NCBI GenBank assembly: GCA_045837725.1
Contig: JBEWZL010000163.1
Span: 248,001 to 312,000, forward strand
Length of the DNA: 64,000 nt
Source: Vermamoeba vermiformis
Lineage: Eukaryota
Direction of reading: 5' to 3'
The position numbers and the translations under genes were made by a program. The notes beneath the pieces are model-generated. The model did not search any database, had not been told where the DNA came from, and worked only from the letters and a program-made list of their open reading frames with translations. Shown here in pieces: positions 1 to 12,015 of the stretch (the stretch's first letter is position 1; each line of letters starts with the position of its first letter).

Positions 1-2
1 GC

Positions 3-1529
3 TTGGACATGCTCAAAGAGGCTGCGCGCTTGGCCGTGGTGATGAAATTGCCCGAAGAAATGGCTTACACGTGCGAGACCAGCGAGAACTTCTTCCGATA
101 TCACGTGGTGGCACGCTGGGAAGAATTCTTGTACAAGTGCTCACGTGATCGCTCAAAAGACGCCGTCAAAAAGAATTTCCCGTTCAGTGAATTCTTTGCC
201 GATGTACAACCGCTGTTCAAAGAAGACACGTACGAAGAGGACATGGAGATGGCGGAGGGCTGCTTCAGACACATTGAACAGATCTTCGCACAACTGCGCG
301 ACTGTCGTGCCTTTGAACTGCTCAAGCTGGGCGGTGATCGCAGCAATTATCTGCTCACCAAACAAGCGCGCATCATCGCCATGACTTGCACGCACGCCGC
401 ACTCAAGCGCCAGGAACTGATCAAGCTGGGCTTCAAGTACGACAACATTTTGATGGAAGAAGCAGCGCAGGTGTTGGAGATTGAGAGCTTTGTGCCGCTG
501 ATGCTGCAAGACCAAGATCCTGAAGCCCCGCCGCGTCTGAAGCGCATCGTGATGATTGGTGACCACAATCAACTGCCGCCAGTGGTCAAGAACATTGCCA
601 TTCAGAAGTTCGGACATCTCGATCAGAGTCTGTTCACGCGCTTTGTTCGCTTGAACGTGCCCAACATCACACTCAATGCGCAGGGTCGTGCTCGTCCGTC
701 CCTCGCTGAGCTCTATAACTGGCGCTACAATCAGCTCGGCAATTTGCCGCACGTGCTGCAGCGAGACGAGTTCCAGACAGCCAATGCAGGCTTTGCGTAC
801 GACTATCAACTGATCAATGTCGAGGACTATCTCGGTCAAGGCGAGTCCGAGCCCAATCCGTACTTCTACCAGAACTTGGGCGAGGCTGAGTACCTCGTGG
901 CAGTGTACATGTACATGCGCCTGTTGGGCATACCGAACGACAAGATCAGCATCATCACCTCGTACAACGGTCAGAAGCACTTGATTCGCGATGTCGTCAA
1001 GCAGCGCTGTGCTTGGAACCCGCTGTTTGGTGCTCCTGCGAAGATCACTACTGTGGACCGCTATCAAGGTCAACAGAATGACTGTAAGTGCTCGCTAGTC
1101 TCTTCATATACTATGTTACTAACACCCTCGCTCTTAGACATCCTCCTCTCACTCGTGCGCACCAAGACAGTGGGTCACATTCGCGATGTGCGTCGTCTCG
1201 TCGTAGCCATGTCCCGCGCGCGCTTAGGCCTCTACGTGTTCTGTCGCAAATCACTGTTCGCCAACTGCTACGAGCTGACCAACACCTTCAGCAAGTTGTT
1301 GCAGCGTCCTGACAAGTTGATGCTAGTCAAGGACGAGCGCTATCCCACCACTCGCCGCGTCGATGAGCAGTTGAGTGACGACAAGGTGTTCACTGTGGAG
1401 GATGTCGTGCACATGGGTCAGATTGTAGCGCCGCCTGAACAACCTGCTGCCACTGAGAACGGTGAGGGCGCGCAGAGTGAAGCGACCACTGACGCTGCGA
1501 TGAGTGAAGGTGATCAGAACAATGCTTAG
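3..1529 (+). CDS. AQR: Intron-binding spliceosomal helicase Aquarius, C-terminal part (5' truncated by window); intron 1084-1137
   Basis: UPF1-like SF1 helicase motifs in Aquarius-specific form: [73 protein letters not shown]. Removing the 54-nt GT-AG intron (tactaac branch) restores [13 protein letters not shown]. Confidence 0.95.
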   Translation: MDMLKEAARLAVVMKLPEEMAYTCETSENFFRYHVVARWEEFLYKCSRDRSKDAVKKNFPFSEFFADVQPLFKEDTYEEDMEMAEGCFRHIEQIFAQLRDCRAFELLKLGGDRSNYLLTKQARIIAMTCTHAALKRQELIKLGFKYDNILMEEAAQVLEIESFVPLMLQDQDPEAPPRLKRIVMIGDHNQLPPVVKNIAIQKFGHLDQSLFTRFVRLNVPNITLNAQGRARPSLAELYNWRYNQLGNLPHVLQRDEFQTANAGFAYDYQLINVEDYLGQGESEPNPYFYQNLGEAEYLVAVYMYMRLLGIPNDKISIITSYNGQKHLIRDVVKQRCAWNPLFGAPAKITTVDRYQGQQNDCKCSLVSSYTMLLTPSLLDILLSLVRTKTVGHIRDVRRLVVAMSRARLGLYVFCRKSLFANCYELTNTFSKLLQRPDKLMLVKDERYPTTRRVDEQLSDDKVFTVEDVVHMGQIVAPPEQPAATENGEGAQSEATTDAAMSEGDQNNA

Positions 1530-1692
1530 GGTGAATAACGAACACTCAAACTCGAAAATAAAACCAATTTTGTAATGTAATAAGGACTTTCAGTTCTATT
1601 CGTGACGTGCCAAATTTCTTACGCGAGCTATTTTTTGTCGTTGTTACTTACACTTAACAACTACGCTTGTATTATAATATATATTGTTCATA

Positions 1693-3106
1693 ATGAGTTT
1701 CAATTTCTCTACACCTACGCGGTATCAACCTGGCGCAACGAATAGTTTCGCGCCATCCACACCAGCACCCACAGCAGCACAAGCACAACCTAATGTACAG
1801 AATGCCATCAAAGGCACTACACCATTCTCACAATTAGACCCTGTATTGCGACAGAGGATTGAATTTTTACAGTATCCAAAACAAAAAATATTTTTAAAAT
1901 TGGCGCCAATCGCTAAACTCACTATTATTTCGCTTTTATGTTTATATATCGAATATTGCATCTATTATTATTCCTTAATAATTTGTAGTAAATACATGCA
2001 CGAAGAAAAAGTTGTCAGCGAAGAGCTCGCCCAACATTCTACAGCGCAATTGAACGGAGTCAGCGACGAAGCGGATGATATTTCAGAAGTAATATTACAT
2101 TCAATCCAATAATACCGCTTGGATCGCGATCTAACGAATTGTTGCAGAAACTTCAATCACTACTAGGCACTTTAGAATCAGATCGACAAACAGCACTCGC
2201 ACTCAAAAAAGAGGTCGTAAAAGAGCTCAAAAATGTTGAAATAGCAGCACGTACAATCGAACGATTCAACACACCGATGGCCACGTACAATCAGAACAAT
2301 CAGCTGCCGTCAAAGCACGTCACGCGCACTCGCTGCCACTACAATACTAACACTCGTATTATATATGCAGGTACTTCTGGGACCTATTAGACAGCTTCAA
2401 TCAGCGCATGGTGGAGTACAATCAGACCATTCGCATGATCGAGAAGTACGTCTCAGGCGCGGCTGAACGACGAGTCTACACGCCGCAAATGCTCGGCGAG
2501 GTGCTGCGCAATCACGTCAATGCGTTCTTAGAGCTCTCAGCTGAGGTCGCAGCAGTGCATGAGTCCGTCAATGAACTGCGGCAGATCTGGGCTCAACGCA
2601 AGCGTGCGATGGGTATAGTGAGCGAAGAGACTGAGAGCACGACCAAGAAGCGTGACTTGGGTGCGGCACAACTGTTGGCAGCGTGGACAGCACTGCAGGC
2701 ACAGAGCAAGCCAGCGACGGGCACGACTACCGCGACAGGCTCGAGCATGAACTTGACCATGACACCGACCTCGAGCACCACACAGCCCTCCTCTGGCCTC
2801 TCATTCGCATTCGGTGCCTCGCAGCCCAGTGCCAGCACATCGACCTTCTCATTCGGCACACCGACAGCCACCACTGGCACGACCACCACACCGGGCTTCG
2901 GCACCACTGGCACAACACCTGCTGCTGGCACCACGAGTGGCACGTCATTCTCATTTGGCTCGAGCAGCACGACTTCATCGTTCTCATTCGGCACGCCTTC
3001 AGGCACCACTGGCAGCACTACAGCAGCGCCGTCAACGACGTCATTTTCATTCGGCACACCGTCCACAGCCACTGGCGCATTCACATTCGGCACTGCTAAG
3101 AAATAA
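1693..3106 (+). CDS. NUP58: FG-nucleoporin, Nup58/Nup49-like; introns 1872-1988, ~2089-2147 and 2314-2370 (GC-AG)
   Basis: Central coiled-coil with LPSKYFWDLLDSFNQRMVEYNQTI (recalled Nup58 PADYF...FE..LQQYRQQI) and FLELSAEVAAVHESV. C-terminal S/T-rich tail with repeated FSFG/FTFG/GFG. Confidence 0.75.
2805..3092 (+). repeat. FxFG (SFSFG/FAFG/FTFG) peptide repeats, nucleotide unit ~tcattcggca
   Basis: Six FxFG units and one GFG, separated by T/S/G/A spacers, in ORF 2408..3106. Confidence 0.9.
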
Positions 3107-3134
3107 ACAGACCTTTATTGCGATACCGGTGCTA

Positions 3135-4821
3135 TTACACAATGAGCACGAGTGGATCCGTGTCGACTTTGCTGACTTCAATCTGCACCTGTCCGTCGAA
3201 GATTTGATCTAACTTTTGTTTGTAGACTGACAAATAAGGACGTTCAGTGTGAGAGTGCTCGCACAACAGGACGTGTTTGCCCTTTTGAGCCAATTCTGCA
3301 GCGCGATTAGTGTCTAAAGGTACACACATGTGCTGCACTTACCAAGTGCGTCGTGATGACGAGCCTCGCCAGTGAAGTACAAGTCAGCGGAGACACCTTT
3401 CACCACTGTGAAGCCCGCTCCTGCACATACGGCAATGGTTTTCACCTCCACTAATAGGCACGGGTTAGTCATGACCGCGAACAGTCGTTGTTGCACTCAC
3501 CGTTCTCGGGGTCTTGCGTGGTGGCCAAGCGCAAGTACTTCAAATTCAAGTTGTGCTTGATCTTCTGAATGAGTGCTGACAGCTTGGTCTTCTCTTTGAG
3601 GGTGATCCTGTGAGGTGTGAGACAATGGTCCTACTGTATTGTACGCCACTTACAGTCTGCCCTGACCAGTGCCCGACACGGGTACCTTATCGAGGGACTT
3701 GACAGTTATGGGCCAGTTGTGTTGACCGAACTGTTCGTCAATCATATTGAGCACTTTGACGAGACCGTTCTTGGTCACACCGAACACCACTTCTTTGCTG
3801 TCGTGCTTGCTGTCTGCGCGTTCAGCGAACACTTGCGCCATGCCTTCGTTCTTGCTCAACAATTGGTGCAATTCAGTCAGCTGTTTGTCGTGCTCATTGG
3901 ACACACGCACGGTGACTTCGTGTGCGAACTGTTGTTTGCTGAAGGGTTCAATCACACTCACACTGCCTTCACCCATGCCTTCAGCGAGCTGTGGTGACGT
4001 GTCAATCACTGATTTGATTGCAGCAGGAGCTAAATATAGTAAGCACGACACTTACCCAATCATTAATGCCACCCTTCACGGCATCAAGGCACGTGTGTGG
4101 CGAGTAGAGCGGAATTTTGTTGTCTAAGGCACTGTCGGAATATTAGTACTCCGCACAACGACATTTGTGACACGTGTCACTGAACGGTATTGCCAAATAT
4201 AGTCACATTCAACACGTACCTCAAGAGCAGCTTGTCCTTCCAGCTGTTGGGCACGAGTCTCTTGAACGCTGAGAAGATTGGCGGGTGATAACAGATGAGC
4301 AAAGTGTTGCCCTCACTGTTGTCGCGTTGCACGGTCTCTTTGAGCACTGAGTCGGTGAGATCAATGCAAATATGAATCTTTTTGATGATTTGATCTTGAT
4401 TCGAGGCTAACAATAGACCCACATTGTCCCAGCTGTCTGCGAGCTCTGAAAAAAAAGTAAGAGGGTAATTAGCTAAGAATTTAAATAAAAAATATACAAT
4501 CCAATAATATTTATAGTATAGCAATTGAATTTAGCCATTCTGGGTCATAAATGGCTAAATAAAATTTTAATAATCGAAAATTTTAAGACAATTTTGTTGC
4601 TACAATCGTTCGTTGAATATTAATTCGGTGATCAATAAATTAGGAGTATTTAAATAATTACCTAATGGTGCGAATGTGTCCAATTTCTTAACAACATCGC
4701 GAAGCTTGATCCCGTTTGTGACTGCCATTTGCTGTTTTGTAGAACTGAATAAGCGTACTGTAGTGCTCTTATTAACGATTGACCGTGGTGTTAATAAAGT
4801 GCGAGTTAATGTGCGCAACAT
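3135..4821 (-). CDS. NIF3L1: NIF3-like protein (YbgI/Nif3 family), 7 exons, N-terminal mitochondrial-type presequence
   Basis: Spliced product contains APLELADSWDNVGLL, CIDLT, YHPPIF, YSPHTCLDAVKGGINDWLA, GTGQGR, IAVCAGAG, ADLYFTGEARHHDAL and EHSHTERPYL. Introns 4446-4661, 4132-4219, 3989-4055, 3608-3653, 3451-3500, ~3296-3342. Confidence 0.93.
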
Positions 4822-5025
4822 GAGTTGCTTAACAAAAATAAACGAACAAGGACGACGCCAAATTTCAGATCTGATCCTGAGAATGAGTTCAGCTGCAGCG
4901 ATTCACTGAATAACGTTGTCCTGATCACCTGATTTGTCTAGTTGGTAAAGTTACGGTAAATACATAAGACAGTTTTATTTCGCGGGTGGATGGGTTGTAT
5001 TATTTATAAGGAGGTGACACGTTCT

Positions 5026-5635
5026 TTACTGCGCAATCTTCTGTTCAGCGCTGACATTGACCTTCAATTCACCTTTGTATGCGAGGGGCGAGGGCTCTTT
5101 GGGCCACTCAGGCAGCTTGGCTTTGTTCGTGATCTCACTCCAATCGCGTTTGTGCGTGCCAGGAATTCGACGCACTTCTCCTTTGTGGAAATAAATGCCC
5201 TTAAATACAAATATGCCCCATGCTTTGCCTTTGTTGGCTACAGGTGACTAGAGATACAATTTATTAATTTTTGATCCAGATCCAAATAAAAATAGCAGTT
5301 AAATTAAAAATAAAAATTGTAATGACATTAATATTCATAGGTACACGATGATATAAAATAATAAGCAATAAATTCAGCATTTGAAAAATAATAAAAAATC
5401 ATAAAAATAATTATCATTTGTCCATACGTACCCTAACACCTTCTTCGACTTTGGTAACATACCAAAAACTATCAATATTCTTGGGATCTTTGCTGTATTT
5501 TTGGAGAGTTTTGCGTGTGTAAATCCTGTTCACTCCGAAATCCGGATGTCTAAATGCTATATCATACAAGTTCTTGCCTTTACTTTTAGGCTTCAACAGT
5601 GCCTGCACGGCTTTAAGAGCTGCGTCAGTGGCCAT
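5026..5635 (-). CDS. MRPS34: Mitochondrial ribosomal protein mS34-like; exons 5432-5635 and 5026-5247
   Basis: GKNLYDIA..HPDFGV, SFWYVTKV and GKAWGIFVFKG...KRDW match recalled mS34 motifs. Phase-0 GT-AG intron at 5248-5431. Confidence 0.8.
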
Positions 5636-5749
5636 TGGTGCGCTGTGTTCAAATATTGAAATAATAACGATGATTATTTCTCACCAATTAAATTGACGCG
5701 ACCACACAGCCACCACGGCGGGTCACTAGTACAATAGCGCCCTGTCAAT
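5636..5749. promoter_or_regulatory. 114-bp divergent promoter region (mS34 / FHIP)
   Basis: Head-to-head ATGs at 5635(-) and 5750(+). Confidence 0.6.
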
Positions 5750-8455
5750 ATGAACCCGTTGAAATTGTTCTCTAAGGCTGAGAATGCTCTCAGCAATGCT
5801 CTTGGACTTCAGAAGAGCAAATTTCAAACGACTTGTAAGAGCAGCAGTTCAGCTCCGTAATTAATATTTACTCACATTGTCCTTGCATTCAGGGGAGAAT
5901 ATATCTGTGTTTGCTAACAGTAAGTACACAAATTGAATTTTACGCAGATCTGTCAATATTTCCAACAAAATCTTTTCCTTAATATTGACGCTGGAGCTCG
6001 CTAATAATTTCTATAAATATCGCTAAAATTACTCAAAATTAATTTCAAATTCAGGACAAGTGAAGCCAGAGGAGATCCCTTTGTTACACAAACAGTTGGA
6101 CGGGTTAGTGATGATGTTACTCGAAGAGGAAATTACTGGTGACAGTACAAATGAAATGGGTGCAGGTACGTGCATATATACATTATTATTAGGAATATTC
6201 CAATTGACATTCAATAGGACCCTGCATGGAATTTTTTCTCAAACAAAAGATACTGAAACATTTGTGCGAGATGGCTGAAGACAACGTAAGCTATAAATAG
6301 CACCATATTATTCCTCCTCTATCATATTCACTGAACGGATGTATTTTCAGCACCCGCAAGGCATGAACGCGTGGGGCCTGCAAGCTATTTCACGCATTTT
6401 TCACCACATGAGTCCGACTTTTCTCGTGCAAATGTCCGTGCATGAGGTGCGTGACTTGATTAATTGGGAATATAGAGGCCTTTATTAATGTACTGTTGTA
6501 GCCTCTAGCGAAATTGATCGAGTTCGGTGCCATTCATCCCGATCGATTGAACCGCAAAGAATTCTTGAATCTGATCAGCCATTTGATTGTCAAGCTGAAA
6601 GAGGACCCGTCACTGCTCGGACTGTTTTTCAATGAGCTCAAGGACGGTGGACAGACCATCAAGGACTTTGTCATCTTCAAGGCCCTCATGCGGCTCTATG
6701 CCAGCAAAGAAGACTTGGCAATTGTGCAGGGCGGAATTTCTCCTCTCGGCAACATGCGTCCCAAGATCAACAGCTCGCTGCTGCATCTATTGCACCGCAA
6801 CATCTTGTCGTGCTTGCAGTTCCAAGACGGCGATGTCGAAGAGTGCGTCAATCAGTCCAAGTTTGTCAATGTGCTCGTGGAAGAATTGGTCTCGCTCTAC
6901 AAAGCTCTGCCCGCGCACTTGAGCTCCAATCAGCTGCAGATGGAAGAGCTCATTCAGCACATTCACTTCTTGAACTCCATTTCTAAGCTGACGAACAACG
7001 TGCGTAGTAATAACATCGAAATTACACTGTATTTACATCTCATTCAGGGCACATTCTCAGCACAACTTGTCCAGTTGGTGTCAAAACGATTCTTCGAAGA
7101 TACACTGATCCCAATGCTCAGCAGCGAGTACGTCGTACATTTAAATTTACCATCCTTTTATACTTACATGCTTGCAGGGACTTGGAATTGGCCAATCTGC
7201 ACACGATTTATTTGTGCGAGGCATTGATGCAAGTCGATTCTCAAGCGCTGCTCGATGCTGCAGTGGAGCTCTTGTTTGGCGTATGTAACACGCGAGGAAG
7301 ACCGACATTGTGGTGATTAACATCGTATTTACAGACCTCGCCAGCCCCTGAAAACAAACACTTGCCCGAACAACATCTCATGCGCTCACTTTTGATTCGT
7401 CGCATTGACTACTTGGAGCTCTACAAACAGGCATTGCACTGTGCGACTGTAGACGGTGAGCAGTTCGATATAGGTTTGCAGCACGTCTAATCATGTGTTA
7501 GAGCGAACAGTGAACAAAGAGTTCTATTGTCACCTCGGCATCAACACACTCAAGCTGATTGACACGCTGTTTGAACGCAACAACGAAGCCATCTTCAACA
7601 CACTGATATTGAAGAATTTGTATCCTCGTGCCGATGCGTTGTTGTCCAAGAACACGCAAAAGATTAAACTTGACGAGTAAGTAATCAATTCGATGTGGCC
7701 TCTAATCGCGCTCTAACGCTAGCATTTGCAGTCTGTTGGAACTGGCCCCGTCACAGAACAAAGACGAGTTCATGCGCGATATTAATCTGCACTTTGAATA
7801 CTCCAAGCCCGCTGTGTCGCTAGGTCTGCGTCACGTGTTGAAGTGGAACAACGATCCCATCGTGCAGACGAGTTTGAGCAAGAAGCCGTACACGGGCAAA
7901 GTTGAATCGAGTCCTAAGATGCAACACGAGTTCTTTGAGGGTCTGTTCTTGCGCACTTTGTTCTCGAGTCTCGATCAGTTCACCGAGCACTCACTCGACT
8001 ACGCGCTCTTCCTCACCAGTATGATTGCTCGTATCGCACAGCACCCTCATCCACTCGTGCAGAAGTACTTGTTGCTGTCACTGGATCAGCCAATCCCTGA
8101 CGTTAACATTCAACGTACACTGTTCTTGGGACTTAAGAAGGTATGTAGTCGCTTTAGAATGTACTCGTACTAATTGGGTTGCAGATCTCTTCTCATATGA
8201 TTGATTTTGTGAATGGTGAGCAGATCCAAGATCAACTCCTTGAAGTGCGCACCGAAATGGCGCAAGCGAAGGCGGGGTAAGTTCAATATCACATTTATCA
8301 AACAATATTTGTTAACTTTTCTTAGTGTCTTCATTGGCGACAACACTCGGCCTGTTCGTCTAATTGTCGTCTTCGAAGATTTTCTTAAAGAGTTGTTTTC
8401 CATATTCTCGGTAGCAGAAGTTCATATCGCCGACGCGGCCATTATAAATACTTAA
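5750..8455 (+). CDS. FHF-complex subunit HOOK-interacting protein (FHIP/FAM160, RAI16-like), ~13 exons
   Basis: Spliced product contains LLEEE...GPCMEFFLKQKILKHLC...HPQGM, FEGLFLRTLF, LTSMIARIAQHPHPLVQKYLL and C-terminal IVVFEDFLKELFSI, all resembling FAM160B/FHIP2 blocks. Confidence 0.8.
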
Positions 8456-8581
8456 TAGCAATCTTGTAAATAGCTTTTCTGACTGTAATTAAACTTGTTG
8501 TATTTTCGCGCTCAATTCGTTTTTCAAATTTGAATTTGTGTCGGACAGTTTGAAACTTTAAATAATATGTAAACCACCAAT

Positions 8582-11500
8582 ATGGAAGAGAAAGAGGCGC
8601 GCGACCAAGGTGACGCCAACATAAACAAGATTCCCTTCGCGGCTGTTTGCGAACTATTTGAAAGATGCGTTAAATCCTCAAAACATGCCAAAAAGAAACA
8701 ATTAATACAAAAACTGTTTAGCTTGTATAAAGGAGAAAATATTTTCCCTTTAATGCGGTTATTATTACCGCAGTTGGACAAAGAAAGACAAACTTACGGA
8801 TTAAAAGAAACAATGCTTGGCAAGTACTACGTGGAGATATTGAATATTGCTCCAACATCCGAGGACGCTATTCGTTTATTACAATGGCGAAAGCCAAATA
8901 AAACTGCCACTGGTCAAATGGTACGCGCCCTGATCTGCTAATTTCTAGCCTAATGTACTCTGTTCATAGGAAGGAGGTGATTTTGGAACGGCAGTATTTA
9001 CGTCACTAAAGCCTAGGTGCATTCAGAAAGGAGACTGTTCTGTCGGTGACATCAATACGTACTTGGATCAGCTCAACGTGACCACTGACAGGTATTTAAA
9101 CTCGAATATCCGTACATGGTGGTTAATTCAATGCACAGGAAAGACAAGACGAAGATATTGACTGCATTGCTGCGTCGTACTACAGCAGTAGAACAGAAGT
9201 GGCTCGTACGCATCATTCTCAAAGGCAAGACTTGACTCATTAGCCGATATTATACATTCGTTATTAACATCTAACAGAGCTCAAGATTGGGCTGTCCGAA
9301 AAATCAATTTTGAATTATTTCCACGACGATGCCGTCGATTACTTCAACGTCACTTCCAATCTGCGCAAAGTGTGCGATGATCTCAAGAACCCTTCAGTGC
9401 GCGTGTCGCAAGAGGTACGTGGCAAATAATTTCTCAAGCGGCCACTAAGTGCAACACAAATGATTTAGAACGTCACGCTGTTTCATCCGATCAAGCCGAT
9501 GTTGGCCAGTCGTCACTTGCCTGAACAAGTCGTCAAGTTGATGGACGACTCTGAGTTCGCTATTGAAACTAAATACGACGGTGAGCGCATTCAAATTCAC
9601 AAGGACGGCAAGACTGTCAAACTGTTCTCTCGTAACTCGAACAATGTGACGGACATCTACGGTGACAAGTTGATCCCTATTATCATGGAGCGTGTCAAAG
9701 TCGCGCAGTGCATTATCGACGGAGAATTAGTCGTGTGGGACAACATTGCCGGAAGATTTGAAGAGTTCGGCAAGCTCAAAACACTCGCGAACTTTGGCAA
9801 ACTCGATGAAAGTATCATCGACGCTAAGCACGATATTGGAGAGAACTACGGCAAACAATTGTGTTACATTGCTTTCGATCTGTTGTACGTCAACAGCAAG
9901 TCAGTGATGGACTTGACGCTGTCACAGCGCGTCACTCTGTTGAAGCGATGCATTCCTCAGCCCAAGTCCAAGCAGTTCGAAGTCGCTGAACAAAAACTCG
10001 CTCGCACAGTGCAAGAAGTGATCGATGCCCTGGACAACGCTATTGCTAACCGCGAAGAGGGTATCATCGTGAAGAACTTGAACACGATCTACGTGCCCAA
10101 TGAACGCAAGCAGAAGTGGATTAAATTGAAGCCTGAATATCTGGACGGCGTGGGCGATGATTTGGATTTGATTATTCTCGGTGGCTATTACGGCACGGGC
10201 ATCGGTCGTCGTGGTGGCACCATCTCGCACTTCTTAATGGGCATCATGAAGAGCCCTGATTTGTACGTTGTACCCTTATGCAGTCCTATTAATAGTCTAA
10301 CCGCGTTGCAGATTCTATTCAGTGTGCAAGGTGGGCAGTGGCTACAGCGACACAGAGCTCAAAGTGTTGCAAAAGACATTTGAAAAGCACTGGCGCGTGT
10401 ACAACCCACAGAGTCCACCGACGTGTTTTCAATTGGCTGATGGGCACAAAGAGAAGCCAGACGTGTGGCTTGATCCGAAGCAGTAAGTGCAAAATACTAG
10501 CGAGAGAGGAGCTCATCCATCATGCACAGATCAAAGATTTTGCAAATCAAGGCGGCACAGCTGGTCCCGACTGAGAAGTACAAGACTGGCTTCACTCTTC
10601 GCTTCCCTCGTGTGATGAAGATCAGAGCGGACAAGAGCTGGGACCAGTGCATGACTTATGTCGGTGAGTGTTCACTGACCACTCGTGTTACAACAGCTAA
10701 CTGTTTGCGACAGAGTTCCTCGAATTGATGCGACTCACTGATGGCAGACTGTCACGACGCAAGATCGGAGATCGCGCTGATTCGCAGGAAGATGGCCCTG
10801 CTACTGGCGCTGGTCAGCGAAAACAAATTGCACCGCGTCGCACATGGACGGTGATGAAACATTTTCAGCCCGTAGACCCTTCAGCAGTGGAGGTGAAAGG
10901 AGATTTGTTTGCCAATCTCGAGTTCTGTACGTTTCAGTTGCTTTGCTGACCTCTGTTTGACATTTGACAGGTGTCATGAATGGTGACCAGCAACAGTCTA
11001 AGTCCGCGCTTGAATTGCTGATTCACAGCTACAAAGGCAGCACAGTCCAGTACCCAACAATGAACTCTTTCTGTGTCATAGCTGCACGTGAAAGTAAGAC
11101 CGCTCCTCCAGTATTGAATTGAGTACTGATAATTGTTTCAGCACTCAAAGTACAAAATTTGATCTCGCGCGAGCTCTTTGATGTGGTACACTACAAGTGG
11201 CTGTTAGAGTGCGTGCAAAAAGAGTCCCTAGTCGCTTTAGAGCCGCGCTTGATGATCTATGCCAAGCCCGAGACTCAAGCCGTGTTCGAGAACGACATTG
11301 ACAAGTTTGGTGACAGTTACACGCACGACACTACTGTACCTCTGCTGCGTGAAGTATTTCAGCACATGGACAAGGTGAAACTGAAGCAGCTCGAGCAAGA
11401 TATGGCGCATAACAACAGCACTATAACTGATGACGGAGATCCACGCCCGCTTAAGAAAATCAAATTGGATCCGGCCACTACTACCATCAAAACAGAACAA

Positions 11501-11957
11501 AAGATTAAAAACGAACTTAAGGCGACACTGGCAGAGGCGTACAAAAATGTCGATATATTGAGCATTGAGAACAAACACGGCAGACCATGGTGGGGCCTGT
11601 TCAGAGGCTACAACATCTATCTGGCACCCGAGGACCCTATTGTCGCTAGGTAAGTTTCAGTGTCGTTGATTTGTGCGCTAACCTTTGACGTAGCGAAGGA
11701 GAGTTGTTGTGTAAGATGGCAGCGTTCTATGGAGCTCAAATCACAGCTAATCCCAAAGAGGCGTCGCACGTGCTGGTTGGGTGTCATCAGTCGTCATTTA
11801 CGCGTGCAAGGTAAGCGTGACAAAGTTGGTTGCTAATGTAGTTTCATTGACCAATCTGGCCAGGTTACCTCGCAAAGCTGAGCTCATTACCGTAGATTGG
11901 CTGCGGCGCTGTTTGAATTCAAAAGAGATTGAAGACCATTCAATGGACGAAGATTGA
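8582..11957 (+). CDS. LIG4: DNA ligase IV (NHEJ) with two C-terminal BRCT domains; multi-exon, one GC-AG intron (~9224-9277)
   Basis: [30 protein letters not shown], adenylation motif [44 protein letters not shown] and TLRFPR. BRCT-type [11 protein letters not shown] and ITVDWLRRC. Confidence 0.95.
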
Positions 11958-12015
11958 ACTACAGACAATGATGTAAATAGAATAAAATGGTCTTGTTTAT
12001 TGTACAAACAAGTGT

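Noticed and set aside
4030-4055. Apparent 26-nt ultra-short intron in NIF3
   Set aside because: The downstream acceptor at 3989 (67-nt intron) restores the conserved GGINDW-LA sequence; the short version shifts the frame.
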